DNA from: an uncultured Pseudomonadales bacterium
Lineage (GTDB): Bacteria; Patescibacteriota; Microgenomatia; UBA1400; PJMF01
Assembly: GCA_964393205.1 (NCBI GenBank)
Contig: CAYMSV010000002.1
Span: 96,843-160,842 of the forward strand
Direction of reading: 5' to 3'
Length of the DNA: 64,000 nucleotides
Position 1 is the stretch's first letter, and every line of letters begins with the position of its first letter. Position numbers and translations under genes: made by a program. Positions 21,503 through 30,494 of this stretch are shown piece after piece. The notes under the pieces were generated by a model. It saw nothing but the letters and a program-made list of their open reading frames with translations. It was not told where the DNA came from and ran no database searches.

Positions 21503-22003
21503 TCAGTACTTAAATAATAAAAATAATAATATTAGAAAATAAAGAAAAGAAACCATTTTAACAATTTTAATCTCTGAAACTGCCAATTTCTTTTTTACAC
21601 CCATTAAAAAGTATTGATTAAATTTTTCTGTTCGTGGTGCTAATTGATAAATTTCTATAAAAATCACTAAATTTAATGCCAAAATTAAAGCTATTCCTGC
21701 GATGCTGCCAGTAGAAGTTAACATAAAAATACTTAAAAACGGCAAACTAACTAAGAACAAAGGGCTTCTGGTTATTAAAATTTTCTGTTCCAATTCTTCA
21801 GAATAAATTTTTTGTAAATATTTTTCGTCTCCTAACATTAAAAATAAACCCAAGGTGTAGGCAAAAATAAACATCAAAATTTGTAAATAAAAGTTATTGA
21901 TTTGCCACTGCTCTCTAATCATGCAAATTAGAACAAATAAAAATAATGCTACAAACAAGAATATTTTTTTACTTTTTTGTTGAGACTTGCTAAAAACCCT
22001 CAT
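21503..22003 (-). CDS. Polytopic membrane protein (hypothetical)
   Basis: 166 aa with 4-5 predicted TM helices and no recognisable motif. Confidence 0.4.
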   Translation of the reverse strand: MRVFSKSQQKSKKIFLFVALFLFVLICMIREQWQINNFYLQILMFIFAYTLGLFLMLGDEKYLQKIYSEELEQKILITRSPLFLVSLPFLSIFMLTSTGSIAGIALILALNLVIFIEIYQLAPRTEKFNQYFLMGVKKKLAVSEIKIVKMVSFLYFLILLFLLFKY

Positions 22004-22013
22004 AGTTCTAAAG

Positions 22014-23213
22014 CTACTTGTTAATTCTTTTTAAAGATAAAACCTTATTACTAGCCCGATCAACCTGATTTTGAAAATCAAGTGAATCTTCGTATTTTTT
22101 CTCCAAATTATTTAACAACGAAGGTAATTGCTCATAATCAAAACCCAGGCCAAAAAGTAAAACATGATTGCCAGCTTCAATGGCGCTGATAGCAATTTCT
22201 GAAAGACTTCGTGTTTCACTAGTACCAGGTAAATAACTTGCTGAATCCATCAATAAATCATCACTAATCACTAGAGTTTCTGGATAAAACTGGAAAAGTT
22301 GGTCCAAACATTGCTTGCTTAGTGAACAAGGCTGACCAGCCAACTTGTCTCGTAAACGCAAATGAGCAGACATCACTCCTAGATTGGGATATTGATCAAG
22401 TAATTTTTCAAAAATAAGAGTGTCGTTTTTGTCTAAATCAACCGTATCTGGAGTAATGTGTAAATCCTTTTGACTACTACCTATTCCAGGAAAATGCTTT
22501 AATACCGGCATAATTTGCCAATTAGAAAAAGCTTGGATATACTCTTTGGCAATTTGCACTATTTTGTCCGGATCATCACCTATTCTACTAGTCAAAATTG
22601 GGTGAGCATTTGGTGAATAATCGACTACTGGAGCTAAAACCAAATTAATTCCTACTTCAGACAATTCTTTGGCTGACTGATTGAGCAAACTATTGCGCTC
22701 CCTAGCATTTAACAAATTTGAATTTTGATTATCTTCCGAAATTCCAATGCTAGCTGTTAATTGACGCATACTAGGAAGAGTGGTAAATCCTTCTCCACTC
22801 AAACGCTGTACCAGTCCACCTTCATGATCAACAGCTATTAGAGGTAAAACTCCATCTTCCTCAAAAATTTCTAATAAACTATCTTGATATGCTTTCGCTG
22901 TATTAAAACTCACTTCTTCACCAAAATAAACAATAAATCCAGGTTGATATTCTTTTAATAGTTTTAGGGTTTCCTTATCTTCTATACCCATTTTGTTATC
23001 TAGCAATAATGGTAAGGCTAACATTTGACTAATTTTTTCTCTAGTAGATAAATCTTTAATAGAAGATAACTCAACTTCTTCTACAGATTCTTTGTCAAAT
23101 TCTTCCACCACTGGTTCAGGAAAATATTTTAGAAAAGGTTGTTGAAAATAATTGTAAGCCAGAAAAGAGGCTAAAAGAGTTAATAAAATAATTAAAACAT
23201 TACGCCATTTCAT
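22014..23213 (-). CDS. nagZ: Glycoside hydrolase family 3 beta-N-acetylhexosaminidase (NagZ-like)
   Basis: N-terminal TM/signal anchor. GH3 N-domain motifs are present: NLVLAPVVDY, and KHFPGIGSSQKDLH (KHFPGHG...DSH in NagZ). 399 aa. Confidence 0.75.
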   Translation of the reverse strand: MKWRNVLIILLTLLASFLAYNYFQQPFLKYFPEPVVEEFDKESVEEVELSSIKDLSTREKISQMLALPLLLDNKMGIEDKETLKLLKEYQPGFIVYFGEEVSFNTAKAYQDSLLEIFEEDGVLPLIAVDHEGGLVQRLSGEGFTTLPSMRQLTASIGISEDNQNSNLLNARERNSLLNQSAKELSEVGINLVLAPVVDYSPNAHPILTSRIGDDPDKIVQIAKEYIQAFSNWQIMPVLKHFPGIGSSQKDLHITPDTVDLDKNDTLIFEKLLDQYPNLGVMSAHLRLRDKLAGQPCSLSKQCLDQLFQFYPETLVISDDLLMDSASYLPGTSETRSLSEIAISAIEAGNHVLLFGLGFDYEQLPSLLNNLEKKYEDSLDFQNQVDRASNKVLSLKRINK

Positions 23214-23231
23214 AAAACTATTCTACTAGAA

Positions 23232-24251
23232 TTACTTATGATAGGCACTGGGGATTTTGGGAATAATTGCTTCGTATAGTAACTCAGCATATAACTCATG
23301 GACTAAAGCTGAAGGATGACCATCTTTTTTGGAAACAAGCAATGAACTATAGTTTCCTCGCTCATAATCATCTAAATGTTTTTCATATTTAGGTAGATCG
23401 ATTATTTTTTTAGAATCAATAATAGTTTTGTTTTCTAGTTCCAAAATTTCCCTAAAAAAATCTAAGCGCTCTTTTGCCCACACAAAATAACTTTCAGTTA
23501 ATAAGTAAATTGATTTTTCTGTTGGTAATTGCTTAATGCTTTCTTGTACAAAACATTCATTTATTGGATTTCCTAAAACAAAAGGATCAAAAAGTTCTTG
23601 ATTTTCAAGATAATCAACATCAGAATTACGCTCTATATTAGCTTCTTCTCTGGGAAAATTACTTTCACAGACTCTGATTATTGGCTCATCTTTTAGCTGC
23701 TCATAAGTAGAAATATGAGGAGCTAAGTCATTAACTACTAAAGCAAACACATAAAAATCAGGATTGTAAATTTTTTTGACTTGACGATAATCTAGTAAAT
23801 AATCAACAATAAAATCTCCACAGTTGGCTACAGTTATAACCCTCACATTAAAGTCCTTTTGAAGTTTTTTTTCCAAAATCTGGCTAAAAGTCTTTGGCCA
23901 ACGCACTCCTTGACCCCAAGTGTATGAATCACCAATGACTGCTATTGTAAATAAATGTTCGTCATTTAGGTGATTGGGTAATAAATCATCCACATTAGTG
24001 CCGTGACGTAATTGTCGATAATAAAGAGATCGTTCTCCAAAATCTTCATAAGAAACTGTGGACGGTTTATCTTTCTCAAAGACCCAATAACCATGATCCA
24101 CACTTTTATAATAGAAAAACCTATCAAAAAAATATTTTTCTGCCAAAAAATAAAAGAATAAGATACTAATGACCAATAACAAAAGAGAGACTAGTAATAG
24201 TATCGTTTTTTTATAAAATAAAGTTTGTTTCTTCTTCTTTTTTTGAGACAT
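23232..24251 (-). CDS. Membrane-anchored SGNH/GDSL-like hydrolase, paralog 1
   Basis: 339 aa with an N-terminal TM. It has a conserved FLAEKYFFDRFFYYKSVDHGYW box and a GDS block, AVIGDSYTWGQGV. It is a paralog of 24265-25317, 46012-47031 and 62844-end. Confidence 0.5.
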   Translation of the reverse strand: MSQKKKKKQTLFYKKTILLLVSLLLLVISILFFYFLAEKYFFDRFFYYKSVDHGYWVFEKDKPSTVSYEDFGERSLYYRQLRHGTNVDDLLPNHLNDEHLFTIAVIGDSYTWGQGVRWPKTFSQILEKKLQKDFNVRVITVANCGDFIVDYLLDYRQVKKIYNPDFYVFALVVNDLAPHISTYEQLKDEPIIRVCESNFPREEANIERNSDVDYLENQELFDPFVLGNPINECFVQESIKQLPTEKSIYLLTESYFVWAKERLDFFREILELENKTIIDSKKIIDLPKYEKHLDDYERGNYSSLLVSKKDGHPSALVHELYAELLYEAIIPKIPSAYHK

Positions 24252-24264
24252 TTTTTAATCAAAA

Positions 24265-25317
24265 TTAATTTTCAATAAAGCCCCATTTTGGATTATTTGT
24301 TATTTCCTCAAATAATTTTTGCGCATACTGATAATGAGCAAATTTAGAAGGATGCCCCTCTGCTTTACTCACATGAGGATTTTCATCTGGATAAATTGAA
24401 AAAACTTCGTTAGGACCATCAATAATCTTAATACCAGCATCCTTAAAAACTCGCAAATATTTATCAATTAAAATATTAAATTTGTGAGTATATTCATTCT
24501 CAATATGACTTTGCTGAGTCATCATAACAGAATAGAAATAATTGAAGTTAAAAGCCATGGTGTGATTCGAATCAAATGATTCAACAATCTTTCTAGCTAC
24601 ACAAAGATTTCCATATTTTTCCTCCATCACCATTGGATAAAACAAGTAGTTTATTTCATCCTCTCGAACGCTAATAGGATTTACAATCTGCTTCCCCATG
24701 AGTTCTCCATAGCCAACTTTTAGTTCTTTGCAACCCTCACTCAAGTCATCAAGTGTTTTTTTGAAATTTGGGTAATCATCATAATGTTCAACATAATTAA
24801 AATCATCATCAACCAATCCAAAAATAAACAAATCGATATCCATATGTTCTTTAGCCAAATTATATTTAATGTAGTTATCCACTAAGTTGTCACCCATATT
24901 TCCAAAATTATAAACAATGCTTGGACGAATTTGATTAAGCTTATCTTCTAAGATATTACTGGTTCGCTCCGATTCCTTCACACCTAAACCATAGACAAAA
25001 GAATCTCCTATAAAGGCAACTTTAAACTTCTCCTTTGTTTTTTGCGGATCGTACCTCTTTGAATTTGGCTCTTGTTTTAAAAGAAATGCTAAATCTTTAC
25101 TTCTATTTATAGCAGTTCTTTCTCTACCCCTAAAAATTAGAGCATGCAAAAAAGTCTTATCAAAGAAATCATTATAAAAATAACCGTGGTTATAACTTTT
25201 TTGATAAAAAATCTTGTCAAAAAAATAGTTTTCTGCTAAAAAATAAACTAAACGATAAGTTAAAAAAACAGAAACAATAAATACTAGCCCCAATATTAAT
25301 TTTTTATTTTTATTCAT
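24265..25317 (-). CDS. Membrane-anchored SGNH/GDSL-like hydrolase, paralog 2
   Basis: 350 aa with FLAENYFFDKIFYQKSYNHGYFY and AFIGDSFVYGLGV (GDS motif). It sits in tandem with paralog 1. Confidence 0.5.
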   Translation of the reverse strand: MNKNKKLILGLVFIVSVFLTYRLVYFLAENYFFDKIFYQKSYNHGYFYNDFFDKTFLHALIFRGRERTAINRSKDLAFLLKQEPNSKRYDPQKTKEKFKVAFIGDSFVYGLGVKESERTSNILEDKLNQIRPSIVYNFGNMGDNLVDNYIKYNLAKEHMDIDLFIFGLVDDDFNYVEHYDDYPNFKKTLDDLSEGCKELKVGYGELMGKQIVNPISVREDEINYLFYPMVMEEKYGNLCVARKIVESFDSNHTMAFNFNYFYSVMMTQQSHIENEYTHKFNILIDKYLRVFKDAGIKIIDGPNEVFSIYPDENPHVSKAEGHPSKFAHYQYAQKLFEEITNNPKWGFIEN

Positions 25318-25562
25318 TTTATGACTAGTGATAAAAATTATACTAAATAATTCTCATTAGAACCAAGATTTTAAGACCGATTATCATTTAATTATATCTC
25401 ACAATCTACTGAGATTCACAAGTTCCTTTAAAACTTAAAAATCCTCAAAATAAAATTATTTAATACCATAATTAAATAAGTATGAGAGATTTTTTATCTA
25501 TGAAAATCTGAGCAAGTAATCTATGATAATAAAAAGTAAATAATAGACTTTTTGACATAATC

Positions 25563-26318
25563 ATGCTTTACAAAGATCTTCAACTAACTTTTATCTTGGG
25601 TAACTGGCAAACAGTTGTTGTTTTTTTCAAAAAAGCAATTAAAAAAAAGGAAGGCTTCGTTTGTTTACCCTGCTCTTTAAATGATTTAACTTACAAAGAA
25701 ATTGAACCCTACAGGTCTAATTATCAGTCTGTAGACTATTGTACTGCTGATGGGATGCCTCTTGTCATTTATTTTCAACATTTAAAAAAAATTGGAAAAC
25801 TTGACAGAATTTACGGCGCAGACCTAATGAAAAAAATCTTACAAGAGACTCAACAAGAAAATCATTTTTTTTGTGGCACAACACCAGAAACTCTTAAAAA
25901 ATTAGAGAAAAAGATTGTAGAATATTGCCCAGATATCAAATCTTTATCAACATATAGCCCTCCTTTTGCAGAAGTACAAATTTTTCAAGAAAAATTACTT
26001 GAAAAATTAAAAAAACAATCTACAAATATTTTATGGATCGGACTGTCTAGCCCCAAACAAATTATCTTAGCTTCCTACATTAAAAAAAATTTACCTAACT
26101 TAAAAATATTTTGCGTTGGAGCTGCTTTTGATTTTTTATCTGGTCAAAAAAAAAGAGCTCCAAAAATTTTGCAAAAATTGGCTTTAGAATGGCTATATAG
26201 ATTAATTCAAGAGCCAGTTCGCTTAAGTGAAAGATATCTTTATAGAATTCCGATTTTTCTATTAAAAAAATTTGGAAAATTATTAAAAAAATTATTATTC
26301 AAAAACACAGAAGTCTAA
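25563..26318 (+). CDS. WecB/TagA/CpsF family glycosyltransferase (GT26)
   Basis: 251 aa. Motifs: FFCGTTPETLKKLEKKI..., ILWIGLSSPKQIILAS and CVGAAFDFLSGQKKRAP...EWLYRLIQEP. This is typical of UDP-ManNAc(A) transferases. Confidence 0.8.
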   Translation: MLYKDLQLTFILGNWQTVVVFFKKAIKKKEGFVCLPCSLNDLTYKEIEPYRSNYQSVDYCTADGMPLVIYFQHLKKIGKLDRIYGADLMKKILQETQQENHFFCGTTPETLKKLEKKIVEYCPDIKSLSTYSPPFAEVQIFQEKLLEKLKKQSTNILWIGLSSPKQIILASYIKKNLPNLKIFCVGAAFDFLSGQKKRAPKILQKLALEWLYRLIQEPVRLSERYLYRIPIFLLKKFGKLLKKLLFKNTEV

Positions 26319-27934
26319 TAAAAAGCTCCTAAGTCTATATCTTTGCACTTCTCATAATCGTAATTGTATACAATAGCCCACTGATCATTTTCCCACTCAT
26401 ATGCTTTTGGTATGTCGACCCTAAACAAAGCTGTCAAACATAAATTTTCCAAATCATTATTAAAAACCAAAACAGACATCTCTTTGAGTTTAAAATCATC
26501 GATTCTCTGACTATCAGCAGTTTTAACCACCCATACATCTCGCTCTACTTCAAACTCATGTAAAAGACACTGAACACTAATGCAATCTCCATAAGCATCT
26601 AGATATATCGCTTTATCATTCAAATTAAAATGATTGAAAATTTCAAAACTTATTACATACTGCTCCTCATCAAACTCTTGTTGATTAATCCAAGTCATAA
26701 CTCTCTTTATTTCTAATCCTTGCTTTTTGACAATATTTAAAAATGTGTTTATTTCTACGAAACTTGCTTGGGCAATATAAATTGAAAAAATTAGAAAGAA
26801 AACAGAGGTGAGTGTTTGAAAAAAATGACTTGTGCGTTCTATATTGAGATTAATAATCAAACGGTCTATAGCAAAACCTAAAACGTAAACGCTAGGAATT
26901 AAAACAGCAAAAAAATATCTATAGGGAGTAGCTGGAAAAAAAACATGAATCAGCAAATAAAAAACAATGAAAAATATGTGAGCTATAACCAACTTATTTT
27001 TTTTTCTGACAGCAAAAAAGAATGAAACTATGAATAAATATAAAATAAATAAACTCAACATAGAGTTGGATACAGCATATTCTTGAGGGACATCCCACCA
27101 ATCTTCTAATAAAAATAAATTGCTAAACTTAGTAAAAAAGATCCAATTTGGAATATCATTAATACGAGAAAATATTTCGTAAATATAATAGTTTCCATGT
27201 TTGTGAATACTTTCTCTAGTATTATACCAACTATGAAAATGAACAAATAAAAACCAAAGCAATATTATTAATCCTGCTTTTAGTGCTGATTTAAACCAAA
27301 CCTGATGACGAATAGCCAATATATTTTCTTTATTAAATTTCTTTTTTGTATCAAAAAAATAGAATAATAAATCAGTTAAGAAAAAAGCAGCAAATATAGC
27401 TACTGATTCGTAACGAACTAAAATAAATAAAGCACTCAAGGTATAGGCAAGTTTTTTATTTTTTTCATAAGCAACCAAGCTTAATAAAGCCACAAAACCA
27501 AATAAGGCATCTGAATTGCCATCCCAAACCACCCTAAATAGCGAAGAACTAAAAATTAAAAAAATAAAGATAGGTAATAATAAAAGATGATTTTTTAAGT
27601 GACGTTTTACAAAAAAGAAAAAAACTATTAAAGCTAAAATAACAGCAATTGTACTGATTGAGGTCGCTGCTCTTACAGCTGGAAAATCTACTTTTAAGAA
27701 TGGAGTAATTAGAGCAATCAAAATTGGATTTGCTGGTGAAGCATGAATTTTATATGGTAAGCGAAATTGAGAATAAAGCTGACTGTCATCAATAAATTGA
27801 AAAGTATCACTAACCGGCACTTCCATAAAATTTATATTTAATAAAAAATACACACTCGAAATAAGAATAAAGATCAAAATCAAAAACTCTATAGCTTTTT
27901 GACTGAATAAAAAAAACTTTATCTTTTTTAACAT
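26315..27934 (-). CDS. Large polytopic membrane protein, possible GT-C-fold glycosyltransferase
   Basis: 539 aa with more than 10 TM helices and a soluble C-terminal domain. There is an early Asp-rich loop (FIDDSQLY). Family assignment is uncertain. Confidence 0.35.
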   Translation of the reverse strand: MLKKIKFFLFSQKAIEFLILIFILISSVYFLLNINFMEVPVSDTFQFIDDSQLYSQFRLPYKIHASPANPILIALITPFLKVDFPAVRAATSISTIAVILALIVFFFFVKRHLKNHLLLLPIFIFLIFSSSLFRVVWDGNSDALFGFVALLSLVAYEKNKKLAYTLSALFILVRYESVAIFAAFFLTDLLFYFFDTKKKFNKENILAIRHQVWFKSALKAGLIILLWFLFVHFHSWYNTRESIHKHGNYYIYEIFSRINDIPNWIFFTKFSNLFLLEDWWDVPQEYAVSNSMLSLFILYLFIVSFFFAVRKKNKLVIAHIFFIVFYLLIHVFFPATPYRYFFAVLIPSVYVLGFAIDRLIINLNIERTSHFFQTLTSVFFLIFSIYIAQASFVEINTFLNIVKKQGLEIKRVMTWINQQEFDEEQYVISFEIFNHFNLNDKAIYLDAYGDCISVQCLLHEFEVERDVWVVKTADSQRIDDFKLKEMSVLVFNNDLENLCLTALFRVDIPKAYEWENDQWAIVYNYDYEKCKDIDLGAFY

Positions 27935-27951
27935 GAATAAAACAATATTAC

Positions 27952-29682
27952 TTATTTATATAAAATAAAATCCCCAATAACTAATATATCAATGCCCGTG
28001 CTATAAAAACAACGTAATGCATCTAAAGGCGTACAAGCTATTGGCTCACCTTTTACATTAAGTGAGGTGTTGATCAAAATTTCATGACCACTTAATTTAG
28101 CAAAGTCTTTGAGCAATTTATGAAAACGAGGATTAGTATTTTTATCTACAACTTGAGGACGTGCTGAACCATCAATGTGAGTAATTGCTGCAATATGTTT
28201 TTGCATTGATTTTTTCACTTGATAAGCAACAATCATGTATTTGCCTTCATCACCAATATTTTCAAAATAACGGCCCGCTTTCTCTTTTGTAACAGAAGGA
28301 CAAAAAGGTCTCCAAGCATCTCGATACTTTACTTGCTGATTAACCAAATCTGGCATTTCTGGATTTAGTGGATTAGCCAAAATAGATCGATTGCCTAGAG
28401 CCCGTGGACCTCCTTCCATTGCTCCTTGGAACCATGCGACAATTTTATTGCCAGCCAAAGCTTTAGCAGTCAATTGACTAATTTTCTCGAAAGGAAGTTT
28501 TTTGTATTTAACTTTTGCATTATCTAACAAATCTTTTATTTCTTGATCATTGTAACTTGGACCCAAATAAACACTTTCTAGAGCTTTTGAACGCTTAGAA
28601 CCAAGCTCTAAACTTGCTAACAAACCAGCACCAATAGCTGCGCCACCGTCATGACTAATTGGCTGCACAAATATTGACTTGAACAAAGCGCTTTCTTTAA
28701 TCCTACCATTCAGCTTAACATTTTGGGCCAAACCTCCAGCTAAACATAGATTGTTTAGATGATATCTTTCTTTCAAATAACTCAAATATTTAAGAACTGT
28801 TTCTTCTAAATGAAATTGTACTGTTCTGGCTAAATCACGATGTTCTTGGGTTATTTCTTCTTTTTTTAGGCGTTGCTCGCCAAACAACTCTATTAAACGA
28901 TCGCTAAAATCCTCATGATAATTATGTCGACCAAGAAGCAAATAGTCTCCTTTAACTTTTATTTGACCATTCTTTATTTCTAAAATATTTTGTATTTTTT
29001 TCAGTAAATCTGGCTGTACCTCTCCATAAGCAGCTAAACCCATTAAAAAGCCCGCTTCACTATAAGGCTGAAACCCTAAAAAAGCAGAAAAGGCTGCATA
29101 AAACCAACCCAAGGAATTAGGTAGTTCTGTTTTACTCAGTTCTTTTAAATTTTTTCCTTGTCCTTCATAAACACTAATTGTGCGTTCTTCACCACTACCA
29201 TCCATGACCAACACTAAAGACTTTTTAAAAGAAGATAAATAAAAAGCACTGGCCGCATGAGACAGGTGATGAGAAAAAAATCTAATCTTATCTTTAATGG
29301 GAGTCTTCTCAATTTGTTTTAAAGCTAAAGCCGTTTTATGTTTAATTAAAGCTGGCTTCCTAGATAAAATACTGAGTAGAAAAGAACTGGATTGATTCCC
29401 TCCCAACAAACTAGGCCAATATTTAAGAGTAGATTTTAAGGAAAACCAGGGTATAAACCACTGATACTTTTGATAGTCCCAACCTATGGCAATTTGGTCT
29501 ACATCAGCTAAATTCAATTTGGTTTTTTTTAAGCAAAACTCAACTGCTTTGATTGGAAAGAAACCATCTGCATTTTTAAAACGAATAAAGCGCTCTTCTT
29601 CAGCATAAACTATAAGCTCTCCATCAATAATAATTGCTGCTGCTGGGTTGTGTTCGAAAATTGATAAGCCTAAAATAATCAT
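27952..29682 (-). CDS. Carbamoyltransferase (NodU/CmcH family)
   Basis: 576 aa. The N-terminus MIILGLSIFEHNPAAAIIIDGELIVYAEEERFIRFK is the Carbam_trans_N ASKHA-like signature, and the C-terminal YrdC-like carbamoyltransferase domain is present. Confidence 0.85.
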   Translation of the reverse strand: MIILGLSIFEHNPAAAIIIDGELIVYAEEERFIRFKNADGFFPIKAVEFCLKKTKLNLADVDQIAIGWDYQKYQWFIPWFSLKSTLKYWPSLLGGNQSSSFLLSILSRKPALIKHKTALALKQIEKTPIKDKIRFFSHHLSHAASAFYLSSFKKSLVLVMDGSGEERTISVYEGQGKNLKELSKTELPNSLGWFYAAFSAFLGFQPYSEAGFLMGLAAYGEVQPDLLKKIQNILEIKNGQIKVKGDYLLLGRHNYHEDFSDRLIELFGEQRLKKEEITQEHRDLARTVQFHLEETVLKYLSYLKERYHLNNLCLAGGLAQNVKLNGRIKESALFKSIFVQPISHDGGAAIGAGLLASLELGSKRSKALESVYLGPSYNDQEIKDLLDNAKVKYKKLPFEKISQLTAKALAGNKIVAWFQGAMEGGPRALGNRSILANPLNPEMPDLVNQQVKYRDAWRPFCPSVTKEKAGRYFENIGDEGKYMIVAYQVKKSMQKHIAAITHIDGSARPQVVDKNTNPRFHKLLKDFAKLSGHEILINTSLNVKGEPIACTPLDALRCFYSTGIDILVIGDFILYK

Positions 29683-30464
29683 AAATAATTAGAAACTTGA
29701 TCGAATTCAAATTCCTCTTCTTTTAAATAAATAATAAAATCTTCTAGATATTGTAAACCACGATTGCTATTTCTTGAATAAATAAAACGCCAAAATAGAT
29801 CAAGATTTTTGCTAGACTGATTGGGAAATAAATCATGAAGATGAAAAACAAAAATCATAGGCCGTTGATTTTTCTTTAAATTACTATTAAGCCGAAAACA
29901 ACGAATAAAATTATTAAAACCCAAAAGTTTTATCCAGCTTAAGGCATTAGGAATACCAAGGGGATCAAGCACTGTAACCGGCAATTCTTTTACATATTTA
30001 TTTTTTAAAAATAAATGTTTTTGAAAAAAATGTCTAGGCATCTGCCATAAACTAGGCAAACAACTAGAATCCAAATTAATTTTGTGTTCTTTTAAAATCT
30101 CTAGATCGCTAATTTTGATTTGGTAAGCCGGAGCTCGATATGCAAGAGGCCTATGTCCAAAAAAATCCTTAAAAGCAACAGTGCCCAATTCTAATTCTTC
30201 GTGAAGATTGTTTTCCGCCTGTTGATGTGAAAAAGAGTGCAAATAAAATTCTGCCCCAAATTTTTTAAATAATTCAATAACCTCTCTATTTTTTCTATTT
30301 AGAGCTTTAGCCACTACAAAAACCGATAAAGTTGCTTGATGTTTTTTTAATAAGTTTAATAAAGATACGATATTCTCTTTTTTCCACATCTGATAATTAG
30401 CCGAAATTAAACCAGCGTGATCAGCTTCCAAATCTAAAGTAAGAATAAAATTTTTTTGCTTCAT
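29679..30464 (-). CDS. Polysaccharide deacetylase (CE4/NodB-like), putative
   Basis: 261 aa. ILTLDLEAD is a metal-binding Asp box. FYLHSFSHQ is an H-S-x-x-H-type motif. The start overlaps the carbamoyltransferase stop (ATGA), indicating translational coupling. Confidence 0.5.
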   Translation of the reverse strand: MKQKNFILTLDLEADHAGLISANYQMWKKENIVSLLNLLKKHQATLSVFVVAKALNRKNREVIELFKKFGAEFYLHSFSHQQAENNLHEELELGTVAFKDFFGHRPLAYRAPAYQIKISDLEILKEHKINLDSSCLPSLWQMPRHFFQKHLFLKNKYVKELPVTVLDPLGIPNALSWIKLLGFNNFIRCFRLNSNLKKNQRPMIFVFHLHDLFPNQSSKNLDLFWRFIYSRNSNRGLQYLEDFIIYLKEEEFEFDQVSNYL

Positions 30465-30494
30465 TTTTGACTTCTTTATGTTAACATAGAACCC

